Shown here in pieces: positions 19,724 to 28,369 of a stretch of DNA of 64,000 bases (positions within the stretch are counted from its first letter, which is position 1; each line of letters begins with the position of its first letter). Source of the stretch: Eudoraea sp. Lineage in GTDB: Bacteria > Bacteroidota > Bacteroidia > Flavobacteriales > Flavobacteriaceae. The translations under genes were made by a program, and so were the position numbers. The DNA is taken from NCBI RefSeq assembly GCF_039969275.1, contig NZ_JBDVOC010000003.1, forward strand, positions 31,434 to 95,433. The letters run 5' to 3'. The notes below the pieces were generated by a model. That model worked only from the letters and a program-made list of their open reading frames with translations. It ran no database searches and was not told where the DNA came from.

Positions 19724-20559
19724 TAGTCATCGCCTAATTTATGACCACAGCTTCTGCAAAAATCAGCATCCTTTCTTAGAATTTCAGTGCCACAGGAATC
19801 ACAACTCCGCCCCATATCGGCCTCCTTAGCTTCCTTGCTCATTGTAGTATATTCAGCTGATACAATACCCGTTGGAACAGCGATAATACCATAACCAATA
19901 ATCATAATAAAGGTAGCGATAATTTGTCCCAGTCCGGTCTCCGGAGAAATATCCCCATAGCCAACAGTTGTTAAGGTAACAATTGTCCAATATACACTGT
20001 GCGGGATACTGTTAAACCCATGCTCAGGGCCTTCTACTAAATACATAATGGTACCAAGCAATACGGAGATTACTAAAACAAAGAATACAAAAACAAAGAT
20101 CTTGGTTCTACTGGCCCTTAATGCCCTCAATAAATTATTAGACTCCCCAACAAATCTAACCAGTTTAAGAATTCTAAAGACACGCAATAGGCGTAAAGCC
20201 CTAAAGGCTGTAATATACTGGGAACCGCCTATGAAATAGGACAAGTATTTTGGAATAGTGGAAAGAAGGTCAACCATACCAAAAAAACTAAAAACATACC
20301 TTGTTGGCTTTTTTATACATATAAGACGAAGTATGTATTCTATAGTAAATAGTATTGTAACTACCCATTCAGAAACATTTAGAAATGAATGGTATTTCAT
20401 GTCTATTCTGGGGATACTCTCCAGCATGACAATAATAACACTATATACAATTACTATTAGCAGGACTATATCAAATAGCTTACCGGCGGGCGTATGAGTG
20501 CCATAAATTATTTCGTGAAGCTTATATTTCCAGCCTTTTTTTCGTTTGTATTCTGTCAC
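19723..20559 (-). CDS. Voltage-gated (Kv-like, 6TM) potassium channel with C-terminal zinc-ribbon tail
   Basis: 278 aa with a GTG start. S4-like RALRLLRVFRILKLVRF, selectivity filter TTVGYGD, and C-terminal CDSC-x11-CRSC. Confidence 0.85.
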   Translation of the reverse strand: MTEYKRKKGWKYKLHEIIYGTHTPAGKLFDIVLLIVIVYSVIIVMLESIPRIDMKYHSFLNVSEWVVTILFTIEYILRLICIKKPTRYVFSFFGMVDLLSTIPKYLSYFIGGSQYITAFRALRLLRVFRILKLVRFVGESNNLLRALRASRTKIFVFVFFVLVISVLLGTIMYLVEGPEHGFNSIPHSVYWTIVTLTTVGYGDISPETGLGQIIATFIMIIGYGIIAVPTGIVSAEYTTMSKEAKEADMGRSCDSCGTEILRKDADFCRSCGHKLGDD

Positions 20560-21677
20560 GGGTTATTTTTCAATTCAATAATCTCAAGTACTTTTTTTTC
20601 TCTTAAGTATGATTCAATAATTTTTCTGGCATACCGTGAGCTATTCATAGGGGTAATAATCGTTTCCAAGATATGAATATTATTAATTTGATAATTAAGG
20701 TTATAGAAACCTAAACCACTAAACTCCCCATTCTTGATTAATATAGCACTGCGTTCACCAATTTCCCTGCCCTTGTCAACAATTATTAAATTATTTGATA
20801 ATATATCATAACCATTTATTTGTACAAGATGTTTTTTATTTGAGGACATAATTTGTTTACCCTGTATATTATATTTGGGTTTATTCTTAATGAGTTCTTC
20901 ATTTTCTTTTAGCAATGCTATTAATTCATTGCCGGTTTTTTCATAGCTAACCTTTTTGGTCTCCTTTTGAATTTGTCTGGCCAAGTCCCCACTTTTTAAA
21001 AAGTGACGGTTAACACGTTTTTTGATATTGTTACTTTTGCCTAGCAAAATTATATCACCATCTTTATTGTGCATATAATATACGCCGACCTCTGTTGGCA
21101 TACTTGCCACAATATCCAGCTGCCTTTGTGAGAGTTCTCCCAGAGACTCTTCACGCACAATTTCTTTGATTATGGACTTATCACTGTCTTTAGTAAGTAA
21201 AAGTTTAAATAATTTTAAAGTAGCCAGCGCATCACCGTTCGCCCTATGTCGGTCACTTACTGGAATACCTAATGAGCGAACCAGTTTGCCCAGGCTGTGC
21301 GATTTTGCATCCGGGATCAACCTTTTTGACAAATCTACAGTGCACAGGGTTTTCCTCTCAAAATCAAATCCTAGCCTACGAAATTCTGTTCGCAAGATTC
21401 TATAATCAAATTGGGCATTGTGAGCCACAATGACCGTATCTTGTGTTATTTCAACAATGCGTTTTGCCACTTCATGAAATTTAGGAGCAGTACGCAACAT
21501 TTTGTTATTAATTCCCGTGAGATTAACTACAAAGGGCTGAATTTCCTTTTCTGGATTAACAAGACTAATGAATTTGTCTACAACCTTATGTCCGTCAAAT
21601 TTATGAATGGCAATTTCGGTGATCCCTTCTTCATTATATTTTCCTCCCGTAGTTTCTATGTCAAGTATGGCGTACAT
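20556..21677 (-). CDS. DnaQ-like 3'-5' exonuclease fused to a GIY-YIG (UvrC/Cho-like) nuclease domain
   Basis: 373 aa. DEDDh motifs (ILDIETTG, VAHNAQFDYRIL, HRANGDA), then GVYYMHNKDGDIILLGKSNNIKKRVNRH and a conserved E/N region. Confidence 0.8.
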   Translation of the reverse strand: MYAILDIETTGGKYNEEGITEIAIHKFDGHKVVDKFISLVNPEKEIQPFVVNLTGINNKMLRTAPKFHEVAKRIVEITQDTVIVAHNAQFDYRILRTEFRRLGFDFERKTLCTVDLSKRLIPDAKSHSLGKLVRSLGIPVSDRHRANGDALATLKLFKLLLTKDSDKSIIKEIVREESLGELSQRQLDIVASMPTEVGVYYMHNKDGDIILLGKSNNIKKRVNRHFLKSGDLARQIQKETKKVSYEKTGNELIALLKENEELIKNKPKYNIQGKQIMSSNKKHLVQINGYDILSNNLIIVDKGREIGERSAILIKNGEFSGLGFYNLNYQINNIHILETIITPMNSSRYARKIIESYLREKKVLEIIELKNNP

Positions 21678-21717
21678 GTACTGTTTTATAACAAAATTGT
21701 GGTAAACCTAAATTACA

Positions 21718-22374
21718 TTAGTTATTTCTATTACCAAAGATACTACTTCCTATGCGTACCATTGTACTGCCGTGCTGAATTGCAATTTTATAATCCCCAC
21801 TCATACCCATTGATAGTACATTTACATCGGGTATTCTATTTTTTAATTTTGAGTAGACTGAATTTAAATATGAAAACTCCTTACGTATTTGTTCTTCATT
21901 ATCGGTAAAAGTGGCCATACCCATTAATCCCTTTACAGTCACATTTTTGAGATTTCCAAACTCATCTGTACCTATTAATTCAAATAACTCTGTTTCATTA
22001 AGCCCAAATTTTGATTGCTCCTGAGCAATATGAACCTGAAGTAAGCAGTTAATCTTACGATTATGTTTAATGGCTTGTTTGTTTATCTCCTTTAGAAGTT
22101 TTAGACTATCCACACCATGAATTAATGATACAAACTCCGCCATGTATTTTACCTTATTTGTTTGTACATGCCCTATCATGTGCCATTCAATATCTTTGGG
22201 TAATTCACTCCATTTAAGAACCATTTCCTGAATTTTGTTTTCCCCAAAAATATGCTGGCCAGCTTTATAGGCCTTCATTATTTCTTCATTGGTTTTTGTT
22301 TTCGATACAGCAACCAGGCTTATCTCTGTGGGAAGCTCATCAAGAATTTTAAGTAGATTTTTTTTTATGGACAC
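21718..22374 (-). CDS. yggS: YggS-family pyridoxal-phosphate homeostasis protein
   Basis: 218 aa. LVAVSKTK (PLP lysine), HMIGHVQTNK, and LSMGMSGDY. Confidence 0.9.
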   Translation of the reverse strand: MSIKKNLLKILDELPTEISLVAVSKTKTNEEIMKAYKAGQHIFGENKIQEMVLKWSELPKDIEWHMIGHVQTNKVKYMAEFVSLIHGVDSLKLLKEINKQAIKHNRKINCLLQVHIAQEQSKFGLNETELFELIGTDEFGNLKNVTVKGLMGMATFTDNEEQIRKEFSYLNSVYSKLKNRIPDVNVLSMGMSGDYKIAIQHGSTMVRIGSSIFGNRNN

Positions 22375-22469
22375 TTAGTTTTAATTTGAAATTAGTCAAT
22401 GAGATGCTTTACATGACCGCTCTACGCTTTTTATATATCTGCTAACAGTAGAGGCATTAAGTTGAATAT

Positions 22470-23720
22470 TTAACTTTCTGATATGCCTAAATCGAATATG
22501 GCGAGGGCACTTCTGAGTTTTGGTTCAATGTATGTGCTTTTTGGGGGCATAACCAATCCTGCATCAGCAATCGCCTTTATCTCTTCAACATCTAAAGGAA
22601 CCAGACCAAAACCTACGGCAAAATTCCCACTGTCAATTTCATCTTTCATCTTAAGGACATTGCGTTTCCCATAACCATATTGGATTCGTTTGTCATTTCT
22701 TAAATCTTTTATTTCTAGGATAGGTTCAAGAATGGTCTTGTATAAAATCTGGGTATCGAGTTTACTTAGGGCATCGGTAAATTTATAAACACTTTTCCTT
22801 AGGTATAATGAATAAAATGACCCGTTTAAATACATGCTAAAATGATGCTTTTTATTTGGTCTGTACAATTGATTGCCATGATTCTTTATCCTAAATAATT
22901 CATCGAGTTTTACCAAAAACTCCTCAGTTGTAAGCCCGTTTAGATCTCGAACCATCCTGTTAAATTCAAAGATTTTAATCTCTGATTCGGGAATTAAGTA
23001 ACTCATAATGAAATTATAAGGTTCTTTACCGGTATGACCTGGGTTTTTCTTTTGCGATATAAGAGATAACAGGTTCGAAGATGCGCTTCTATGATGGCCA
23101 TCAGCTATATACAAGGAATTTACTTTGCCAAATTCATTCTGCAATTGTTTTAAAGTACTTTCGGCTGAAATTTTCCAAAGAGTATGTGTTATGTTATCGG
23201 GTGTTGTAAAATGACATTCCGGATTATTTGAAGTCTCCTTATCAACTATATTCGTTATTTCCCCGGAATCGGGGTAAATCATCAAAACCGGTTCTGCTTT
23301 GAACTGAACTAACTGGAGATAATTCGCAAATAATTTTTCCCTGTGTTCCAGTGTGTTTTCGTGTTTTTTAATTACAGAATTCCTGTAATCTTCAGTACTG
23401 GTTGCACAAATAATTCCACAGCAACCAAAATTATCCTTTTCTATTTTATATACATAAAAGCTTTCCTGATCGTCTTTTAAAAGAATTTGGTCTTCTAGAA
23501 ACTCCAAATAACGGTTATGTACAAGTTTAAAACGCTCCTCGCCGGAGACTTTTTTATTAAACCTGTTTCCTGGATTAATAATATGTAAAAAGGAAAATGG
23601 ATTGTAGTTTAAGACGCATTCTAGTTCTTTTTTTGAATATTCCTCGTAAGAACGGGAAGAAACGAATGACACTTTATCCTTTGCCGGTCGTATTGCTTTA
23701 AATGGTTTAATAACTGCCAT
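22470..23720 (-). CDS. DUF1015 domain-containing protein
   Basis: The ORF extends to 23735, but MAVIKPFKAIRP (ATG at 23720) matches the usual DUF1015 N-terminus. That start also removes the overlap with hbd. Contains YIADGHHR. Confidence 0.75.
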   Translation of the reverse strand: MAVIKPFKAIRPAKDKVSFVSSRSYEEYSKKELECVLNYNPFSFLHIINPGNRFNKKVSGEERFKLVHNRYLEFLEDQILLKDDQESFYVYKIEKDNFGCCGIICATSTEDYRNSVIKKHENTLEHREKLFANYLQLVQFKAEPVLMIYPDSGEITNIVDKETSNNPECHFTTPDNITHTLWKISAESTLKQLQNEFGKVNSLYIADGHHRSASSNLLSLISQKKNPGHTGKEPYNFIMSYLIPESEIKIFEFNRMVRDLNGLTTEEFLVKLDELFRIKNHGNQLYRPNKKHHFSMYLNGSFYSLYLRKSVYKFTDALSKLDTQILYKTILEPILEIKDLRNDKRIQYGYGKRNVLKMKDEIDSGNFAVGFGLVPLDVEEIKAIADAGLVMPPKSTYIEPKLRSALAIFDLGISES

Positions 23721-23724
23721 AGAA

Positions 23725-24618
23725 TTATTGGGCAAATTGAATAGCTACTTTTTCTGCCTTGCGTGATTTTGAATAGTCGTAAAACCCTTCTCCGGATTTA
23801 ACTCCGGTTTTACCGGCCATTACCATATTCACAAGAAGTGGACATGGAGCGTATTTAGGATTTTTAAACCCGTTATACATAACATTCAAAATTGAAAGGC
23901 ATATGTCAAGTCCAATGAAGTCTGCTAATTGTAGCGGCCCCATAGGATGTGCCATACCTAATTTCATTACCGTATCAATTTCTGATACACCCGCCACATT
24001 GTTGTAAAGTGTTTCAATCGCCTCATTTATCATCGGCATTAGGATTCTGTTTGATACAAATCCCGGATAATCATTTACTTCTGTGGCTGTTTTACCTAAT
24101 TTTTCAGAAATCTCCATTATCGTTTTAGTAACCCGATCGCTTGTATTATAACCTCTAATAATCTCTACCAATTTCATTATGGGCACTGGATTCATAAAGT
24201 GCATTCCAATTACTTTGTCTGCTCTTTCGGTAACTGCTGCAATTTGGGTTATTGAAATGGAAGATGTATTAGTCGCCAGAATCGTATTTTCGTCGCAATG
24301 GCTGTCGAGTTCTTTAAAAATGGATAATTTTAATTCTACATTTTCTGTTGCAGCTTCAATTACCAGCCCAACTCCATTTACCCCTTCCTTTAATGAGGTA
24401 TATGTAGTAATATTCTCTAATGTATTTGTCTTTTCATTTTTACTAATGACATTCTTTAACAGCATCCTATCCAGATTATTGGAAATTGTTAATGTCCCTT
24501 TGTCGAGAGACTCCTGCGAGATGTCAACTAAGTGAACTTTATAACCATTTTGTGCAAATACATGTGCAATTCCATTACCCATTGTACCTGCTCCTATTAC
24601 TGCAATTGTTGTTATCAT
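23725..24618 (-). CDS. hbd: 3-hydroxybutyryl-CoA (3-hydroxyacyl-CoA) dehydrogenase, NAD-binding
   Basis: 297 aa. VIGAGTMGNGIA Rossmann motif, NTSS, HFMNPVP, and PMGPLQLADFIGLD. Confidence 0.9.
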   Translation of the reverse strand: MITTIAVIGAGTMGNGIAHVFAQNGYKVHLVDISQESLDKGTLTISNNLDRMLLKNVISKNEKTNTLENITTYTSLKEGVNGVGLVIEAATENVELKLSIFKELDSHCDENTILATNTSSISITQIAAVTERADKVIGMHFMNPVPIMKLVEIIRGYNTSDRVTKTIMEISEKLGKTATEVNDYPGFVSNRILMPMINEAIETLYNNVAGVSEIDTVMKLGMAHPMGPLQLADFIGLDICLSILNVMYNGFKNPKYAPCPLLVNMVMAGKTGVKSGEGFYDYSKSRKAEKVAIQFAQ

Positions 24619-24672
24619 TTTATGCTGATTAATAAGTGAAAATTACTTAATGCACTTTTTACTCTAAACCCA

Positions 24673-25638
24673 TTAGTTTTTGAAAGACGTTATTACCTGT
24701 AAAGCTACATCCAATGCCTGAGTTCCCTGTTTTAAAGTTACCACTGGAGTGGTATCATTATTTATAGCCATTGCAAAGGTTTCAAGTTCATCTTGGATTG
24801 CATTATTATTTAGAATTTCGGGGTTTTCAAAATAAATCTGTTTTTTATCTCCTTCCGCGTTCTGAAGTACCATATCAAATTCTCCGGGTTTTTCAGAAGC
24901 GTCTTTCATTTTAACAACTTCCACTTGTTTTTCTAGGAAATCTACAGATATATATGCGTCTCGCTGAAAAAACCTTGATTTTCTCATGTTTTTTAACGAG
25001 ATTCTACTGGCAGTGAGATTAGCAACGCATCCATTTTCGAATTCAATTCTGGCATTAGCAATATCTGGGGATTTACTAATTACAGATACGCCACTGGCAT
25101 TAATTCTTTTTACTTCGGAGTTGACTACACTAAGAATTACGTCTATATCGTGAATCATTAAATCTAATACCACCGGAACATCAGTCCCCCTGGGGTTGAA
25201 TTCTGCTAGCCGGTGAGTTTCAATAAACATAGGGTCCTTAATATTATTTTTAACCGCTCCAAAAGCGGGATTAAAACGTTCTACATGCCCCACTTGCCCT
25301 TTAACCTGATTCACATCCTCAATTATCAGAAGTTCCTCTGCTTCCTTCAAAGTGTTGGTAATGGGTTTTTCGATAAAAACGTGTTTTCCTTTTTCCATGG
25401 CTTTCTTCGCACACTCGTAATGCGATAAAGTGGGAGTGACAATATCTACTACGTCTACCGCGTCCATTAGGGAATCTATATTTTCAAAATAAGAATATCC
25501 AAATTCTGCCGCAACCTTTTCGGCGTTCTCGGCATCCGGGTCAAAAAATCCAATTAGATCATATTCACTGGATTCACTAAGAAGGCGCAAATGAATTTTA
25601 CCTAAATGTCCTGCACCTAATACGCCAACTTTGAGCAT
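24673..25638 (-). CDS. Gfo/Idh/MocA-family oxidoreductase
   Basis: The start is moved to the internal MLKVGVLGAGHLGKIH (ATG 25638), which begins the Rossmann fold. The 35 upstream codons of the track ORF look non-coding. Confidence 0.8.
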   Translation of the reverse strand: MLKVGVLGAGHLGKIHLRLLSESSEYDLIGFFDPDAENAEKVAAEFGYSYFENIDSLMDAVDVVDIVTPTLSHYECAKKAMEKGKHVFIEKPITNTLKEAEELLIIEDVNQVKGQVGHVERFNPAFGAVKNNIKDPMFIETHRLAEFNPRGTDVPVVLDLMIHDIDVILSVVNSEVKRINASGVSVISKSPDIANARIEFENGCVANLTASRISLKNMRKSRFFQRDAYISVDFLEKQVEVVKMKDASEKPGEFDMVLQNAEGDKKQIYFENPEILNNNAIQDELETFAMAINNDTTPVVTLKQGTQALDVALQVITSFKN

Positions 25639-25755
25639 AAGTTTATGTTTTTTCAAAAATAAGGAGATTAATTCTAAATTATGCCAATGTATCACTTGGA
25701 AAATACACCTATTTCCAATTTGATTTTCTAATTTTAGCAACACAAAACCAAACTA

Positions 25756-26397
25756 TTGAAAGATACTTTCAAACATAAGGGAATGCGCAATAAACTTGTA
25801 GACATTATTGCTGCCAAGAATATAAAAAATAAAAATGTTTTAGAAGCTATCAGAGCGGTTCCAAGACATTTATTTATGGATAGTAGTTTTGAAGATCACG
25901 CCTACCAGGATAAAGCTTTTCCGATTGCAGCAGATCAAACCATCTCACAACCATACACTGTGGCCTTCCAAACGGAATTATTAGAAATAAATCCAGGGGA
26001 TAAAATATTAGAAATTGGAACAGGGAGTGGTTATCAGACCGCGGTGCTTCTACAATTGAAAGCCAAGGTATTCACCATTGAACGACAATTAGAATTATTC
26101 AAAAAAACCTCTCGGTTTTTTAAGAAAATGGGATACAGACCCAAAAAAATTATTTTTGGAGATGGATATAAGGGTCTTCCCGAGGAGGAACCTTTTGATG
26201 GCATTATAGTAACTGCCGGGGCTCCTGAAATACCTAATGCTTTGCTATCTCAATTAAAAATTGGAGGTAAATTGGTAATCCCCGTTGGTTTAGATGATCA
26301 GATCATGACGCGTATAATTAGAAAATCAGAGAAGGAATTTGAACGGCAGGAATTTGGTTCCTTTCGATTCGTTCCACTTTTAGAAGATAAAAATTGA
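25756..26397 (+). CDS. pcm: Protein-L-isoaspartate O-methyltransferase
   Basis: 213 aa with a TTG start. TISQPYTVA, LEIGTGSGYQTA, and FDGIIVTAG. Confidence 0.9.
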   Translation: MKDTFKHKGMRNKLVDIIAAKNIKNKNVLEAIRAVPRHLFMDSSFEDHAYQDKAFPIAADQTISQPYTVAFQTELLEINPGDKILEIGTGSGYQTAVLLQLKAKVFTIERQLELFKKTSRFFKKMGYRPKKIIFGDGYKGLPEEEPFDGIIVTAGAPEIPNALLSQLKIGGKLVIPVGLDDQIMTRIIRKSEKEFERQEFGSFRFVPLLEDKN

Positions 26398-26432
26398 TTA
26401 ATTCTTGTCCGGCTTAATAAATAATAGGGAGT

Positions 26433-26894
26433 TTAGTTATTAAAACTCTTTCTAAGACGATCCAGATTTCTTTTATTGTCCCTATCCTTAATGCTTTCCC
26501 GTTTGTCATATATTTTTTTTCCTTTTGCCAGAACAATTTTAAGTTTAGCCAATCCCTTGTCATTTATAAAAAGATTTAAGGGAATAATAGTAAGTCCTGT
26601 ATTTTTAACTTCTTTCTGCAGTTTCTTTAATTCTTGCTTTTTTAACAGAAGCTTACGGGCAGCTTTAGGTCTGTGGTTAAAATGGGTCGCGTGTGAATAT
26701 TCATCAACTTGCATATTTATGACAAATAGTTCTCCCAATTCATTGAACTCACAAAAACTTTCTGTGATGGAAGCTTTACCTAGTCGGATAGATTTTATTT
26801 CGGTTCCTGAAAGTACAATTCCGGCTATATAGGTATCCAGGAATTCATATTCAAAACGAGCTTTTTTGTTTTTTATATTTATGGCTTTCTGCAT
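26433..26894 (-). CDS. smpB: SsrA-binding protein
   Basis: Start taken at MQKAINIKNKKARFEYEF (ATG 26894). GTEIKS and the basic C-terminal tail are typical of SmpB. Confidence 0.9.
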   Translation of the reverse strand: MQKAINIKNKKARFEYEFLDTYIAGIVLSGTEIKSIRLGKASITESFCEFNELGELFVINMQVDEYSHATHFNHRPKAARKLLLKKQELKKLQKEVKNTGLTIIPLNLFINDKGLAKLKIVLAKGKKIYDKRESIKDRDNKRNLDRLRKSFNN

Positions 26895-27006
26895 AAGCAG
26901 CAAAAGTAAGAACAAATACCAGAGTACTATATATTGGAAATCGAATTTATTTTTATGAAAAGTGTAAAGAAAACAAGACTTTTACGATTACTGTAAAAAC
27001 TTTTCT

Positions 27007-27756
27007 ATGTTGAGATTTACAATCATAATTATCTTCTTTATAACAATTGGGTGCAGGAATAAGAATTCAGATAATATTGCCGTCCAGGATATTATAGACA
27101 AATCCATAGAAGTCTCTGGTGGTAATCTGTATAGAACGTGTAATATATCCTTCGCTTTACGTGATGTTAGGTATGAATTAGAAAATAGTACAGGAAAGAA
27201 GATATTAAAGCGAATTATTAATAATGATTCGACTACCATTTTGGATATTCTTAAACACAATAGTTTTCAACGATTCATAAATGGCAATGTCGTAATTGTA
27301 GCAGACTCAATGGCCACCAAATATTCAAATTCAATAAATTCTGTTCATTATTTCGCTTATCTTCCATATGGCTTAAATGACCCGGCGGTGAATAAAAAGC
27401 TTCTTGGTGAAACTCAAATAGGGGATAAGCTATACTATAAGGTGGAGGTTACTTTTGATGAAGAAGATGGAGGCGAAGATTTTGATGATATTTATATATA
27501 TTGGTTTAATAAAGAGACATTTAAGCCAGATTACTTAGCATATGAATTTAATGTGAATGGTGGAGGAACGAGATTTCGTGAAGCGTTTAATGAAAGGATA
27601 ATTAATGGTATTCGGTTTGTTGATTATAATAATTATAAAGCTGCAGCCAAAATTTCTGTGTATGAGCTGGAAGCACTTTTCAAAACCAAAGAATTAGAAC
27701 TTCTATCAACAATTCTTTTGGAAGATATTGAAGTTAATCCGGACAATTGCAATTGA
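27007..27756 (+). CDS. Hypothetical lipoprotein
   Basis: 249 aa with lipobox TIGC. I do not confidently recognise a family. The 3' end overlaps the convergent gene by 23 nt. Confidence 0.6.
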   Translation: MLRFTIIIIFFITIGCRNKNSDNIAVQDIIDKSIEVSGGNLYRTCNISFALRDVRYELENSTGKKILKRIINNDSTTILDILKHNSFQRFINGNVVIVADSMATKYSNSINSVHYFAYLPYGLNDPAVNKKLLGETQIGDKLYYKVEVTFDEEDGGEDFDDIYIYWFNKETFKPDYLAYEFNVNGGGTRFREAFNERIINGIRFVDYNNYKAAAKISVYELEALFKTKELELLSTILLEDIEVNPDNCN

Positions 27757-28279
27757 AATGTAAACGATTGGCAGATACATTCTTACCAGTTATCTGTATA
27801 ATAAAAAGACTACCATTGTCATAATCATCCATTGCGGCATATTTATTTTCGCCCAGCATCTTATTTACAAATTCAGGGGTAGAATTACTATGCCCCACCA
27901 CCAAGACATTTTTCCCTAAATTATCTATCTTAAATTGTTCGATATCAATATTAGAAGGATCATAATACTGAACAGTAATTTCCTGCTTAACAGAAGTTGG
28001 TGCAGCTGTCATTGTTGTTCTCTCGAAATCTGTGGAATAAATCGCATCAAGTTCAACATCATTCAATATTTCTGCCCAGTGCATAGCCCTTCCAAGACCT
28101 TTTTGACTTAGTTCAGGATCAATGTCTTCTGAATTACTTCTGATCTTTTCTGCATGTCTTATGAAATAATAGGTAGATACAGCGGGCTTAACATAAGAAT
28201 CTGATAATTTTTGATCATCTTTGCAGGAGATAATGCCTGTGAATAAAAAGGCAAAGATTAGAAGTTTAATTGTTTTCAT
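27734..28279 (-). CDS. Histidine phosphatase family (SixA/PGAM-like) lipoprotein
   Basis: 181 aa. Lipobox IISC, RHAEK (RHG-type motif) and VVGHSNS. Confidence 0.75.
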   Translation of the reverse strand: MKTIKLLIFAFLFTGIISCKDDQKLSDSYVKPAVSTYYFIRHAEKIRSNSEDIDPELSQKGLGRAMHWAEILNDVELDAIYSTDFERTTMTAAPTSVKQEITVQYYDPSNIDIEQFKIDNLGKNVLVVGHSNSTPEFVNKMLGENKYAAMDDYDNGSLFIIQITGKNVSANRLHFNCNCPD

Positions 28280-28369
28280 GCTAGATTGTTTGTATAAGTA
28301 TAATAAGTGTTCTAATTTAACTGTATTTCGGCAATATTAGTATGTTAATCCTTTGTTTTTTCTATAGTT

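Noticed and set aside
21411-21908. 165-aa plus-strand ORF spanning the exonuclease 5' end, the spacer and the yggS 3' end
   Set aside because: Its Phe/Tyr/Asn-rich nonsense composition overlaps two well-supported minus-strand genes. It is an artefact of low stop-codon frequency in that frame.
25639-25743. N-terminal extensions of track ORFs (also 26895-26915, 35158-35205, 49268-49309, 49389-49442, 23721-23735)
   Set aside because: In each case an internal Met gives the canonical family N-terminus (Rossmann GxGxxG, SmpB start, lipoprotein signal peptide, ABC-F MLSVSNL). For the ABC-F gene it is also preceded by a TAnnTTTG box. The extensions look like translated 5' UTR.
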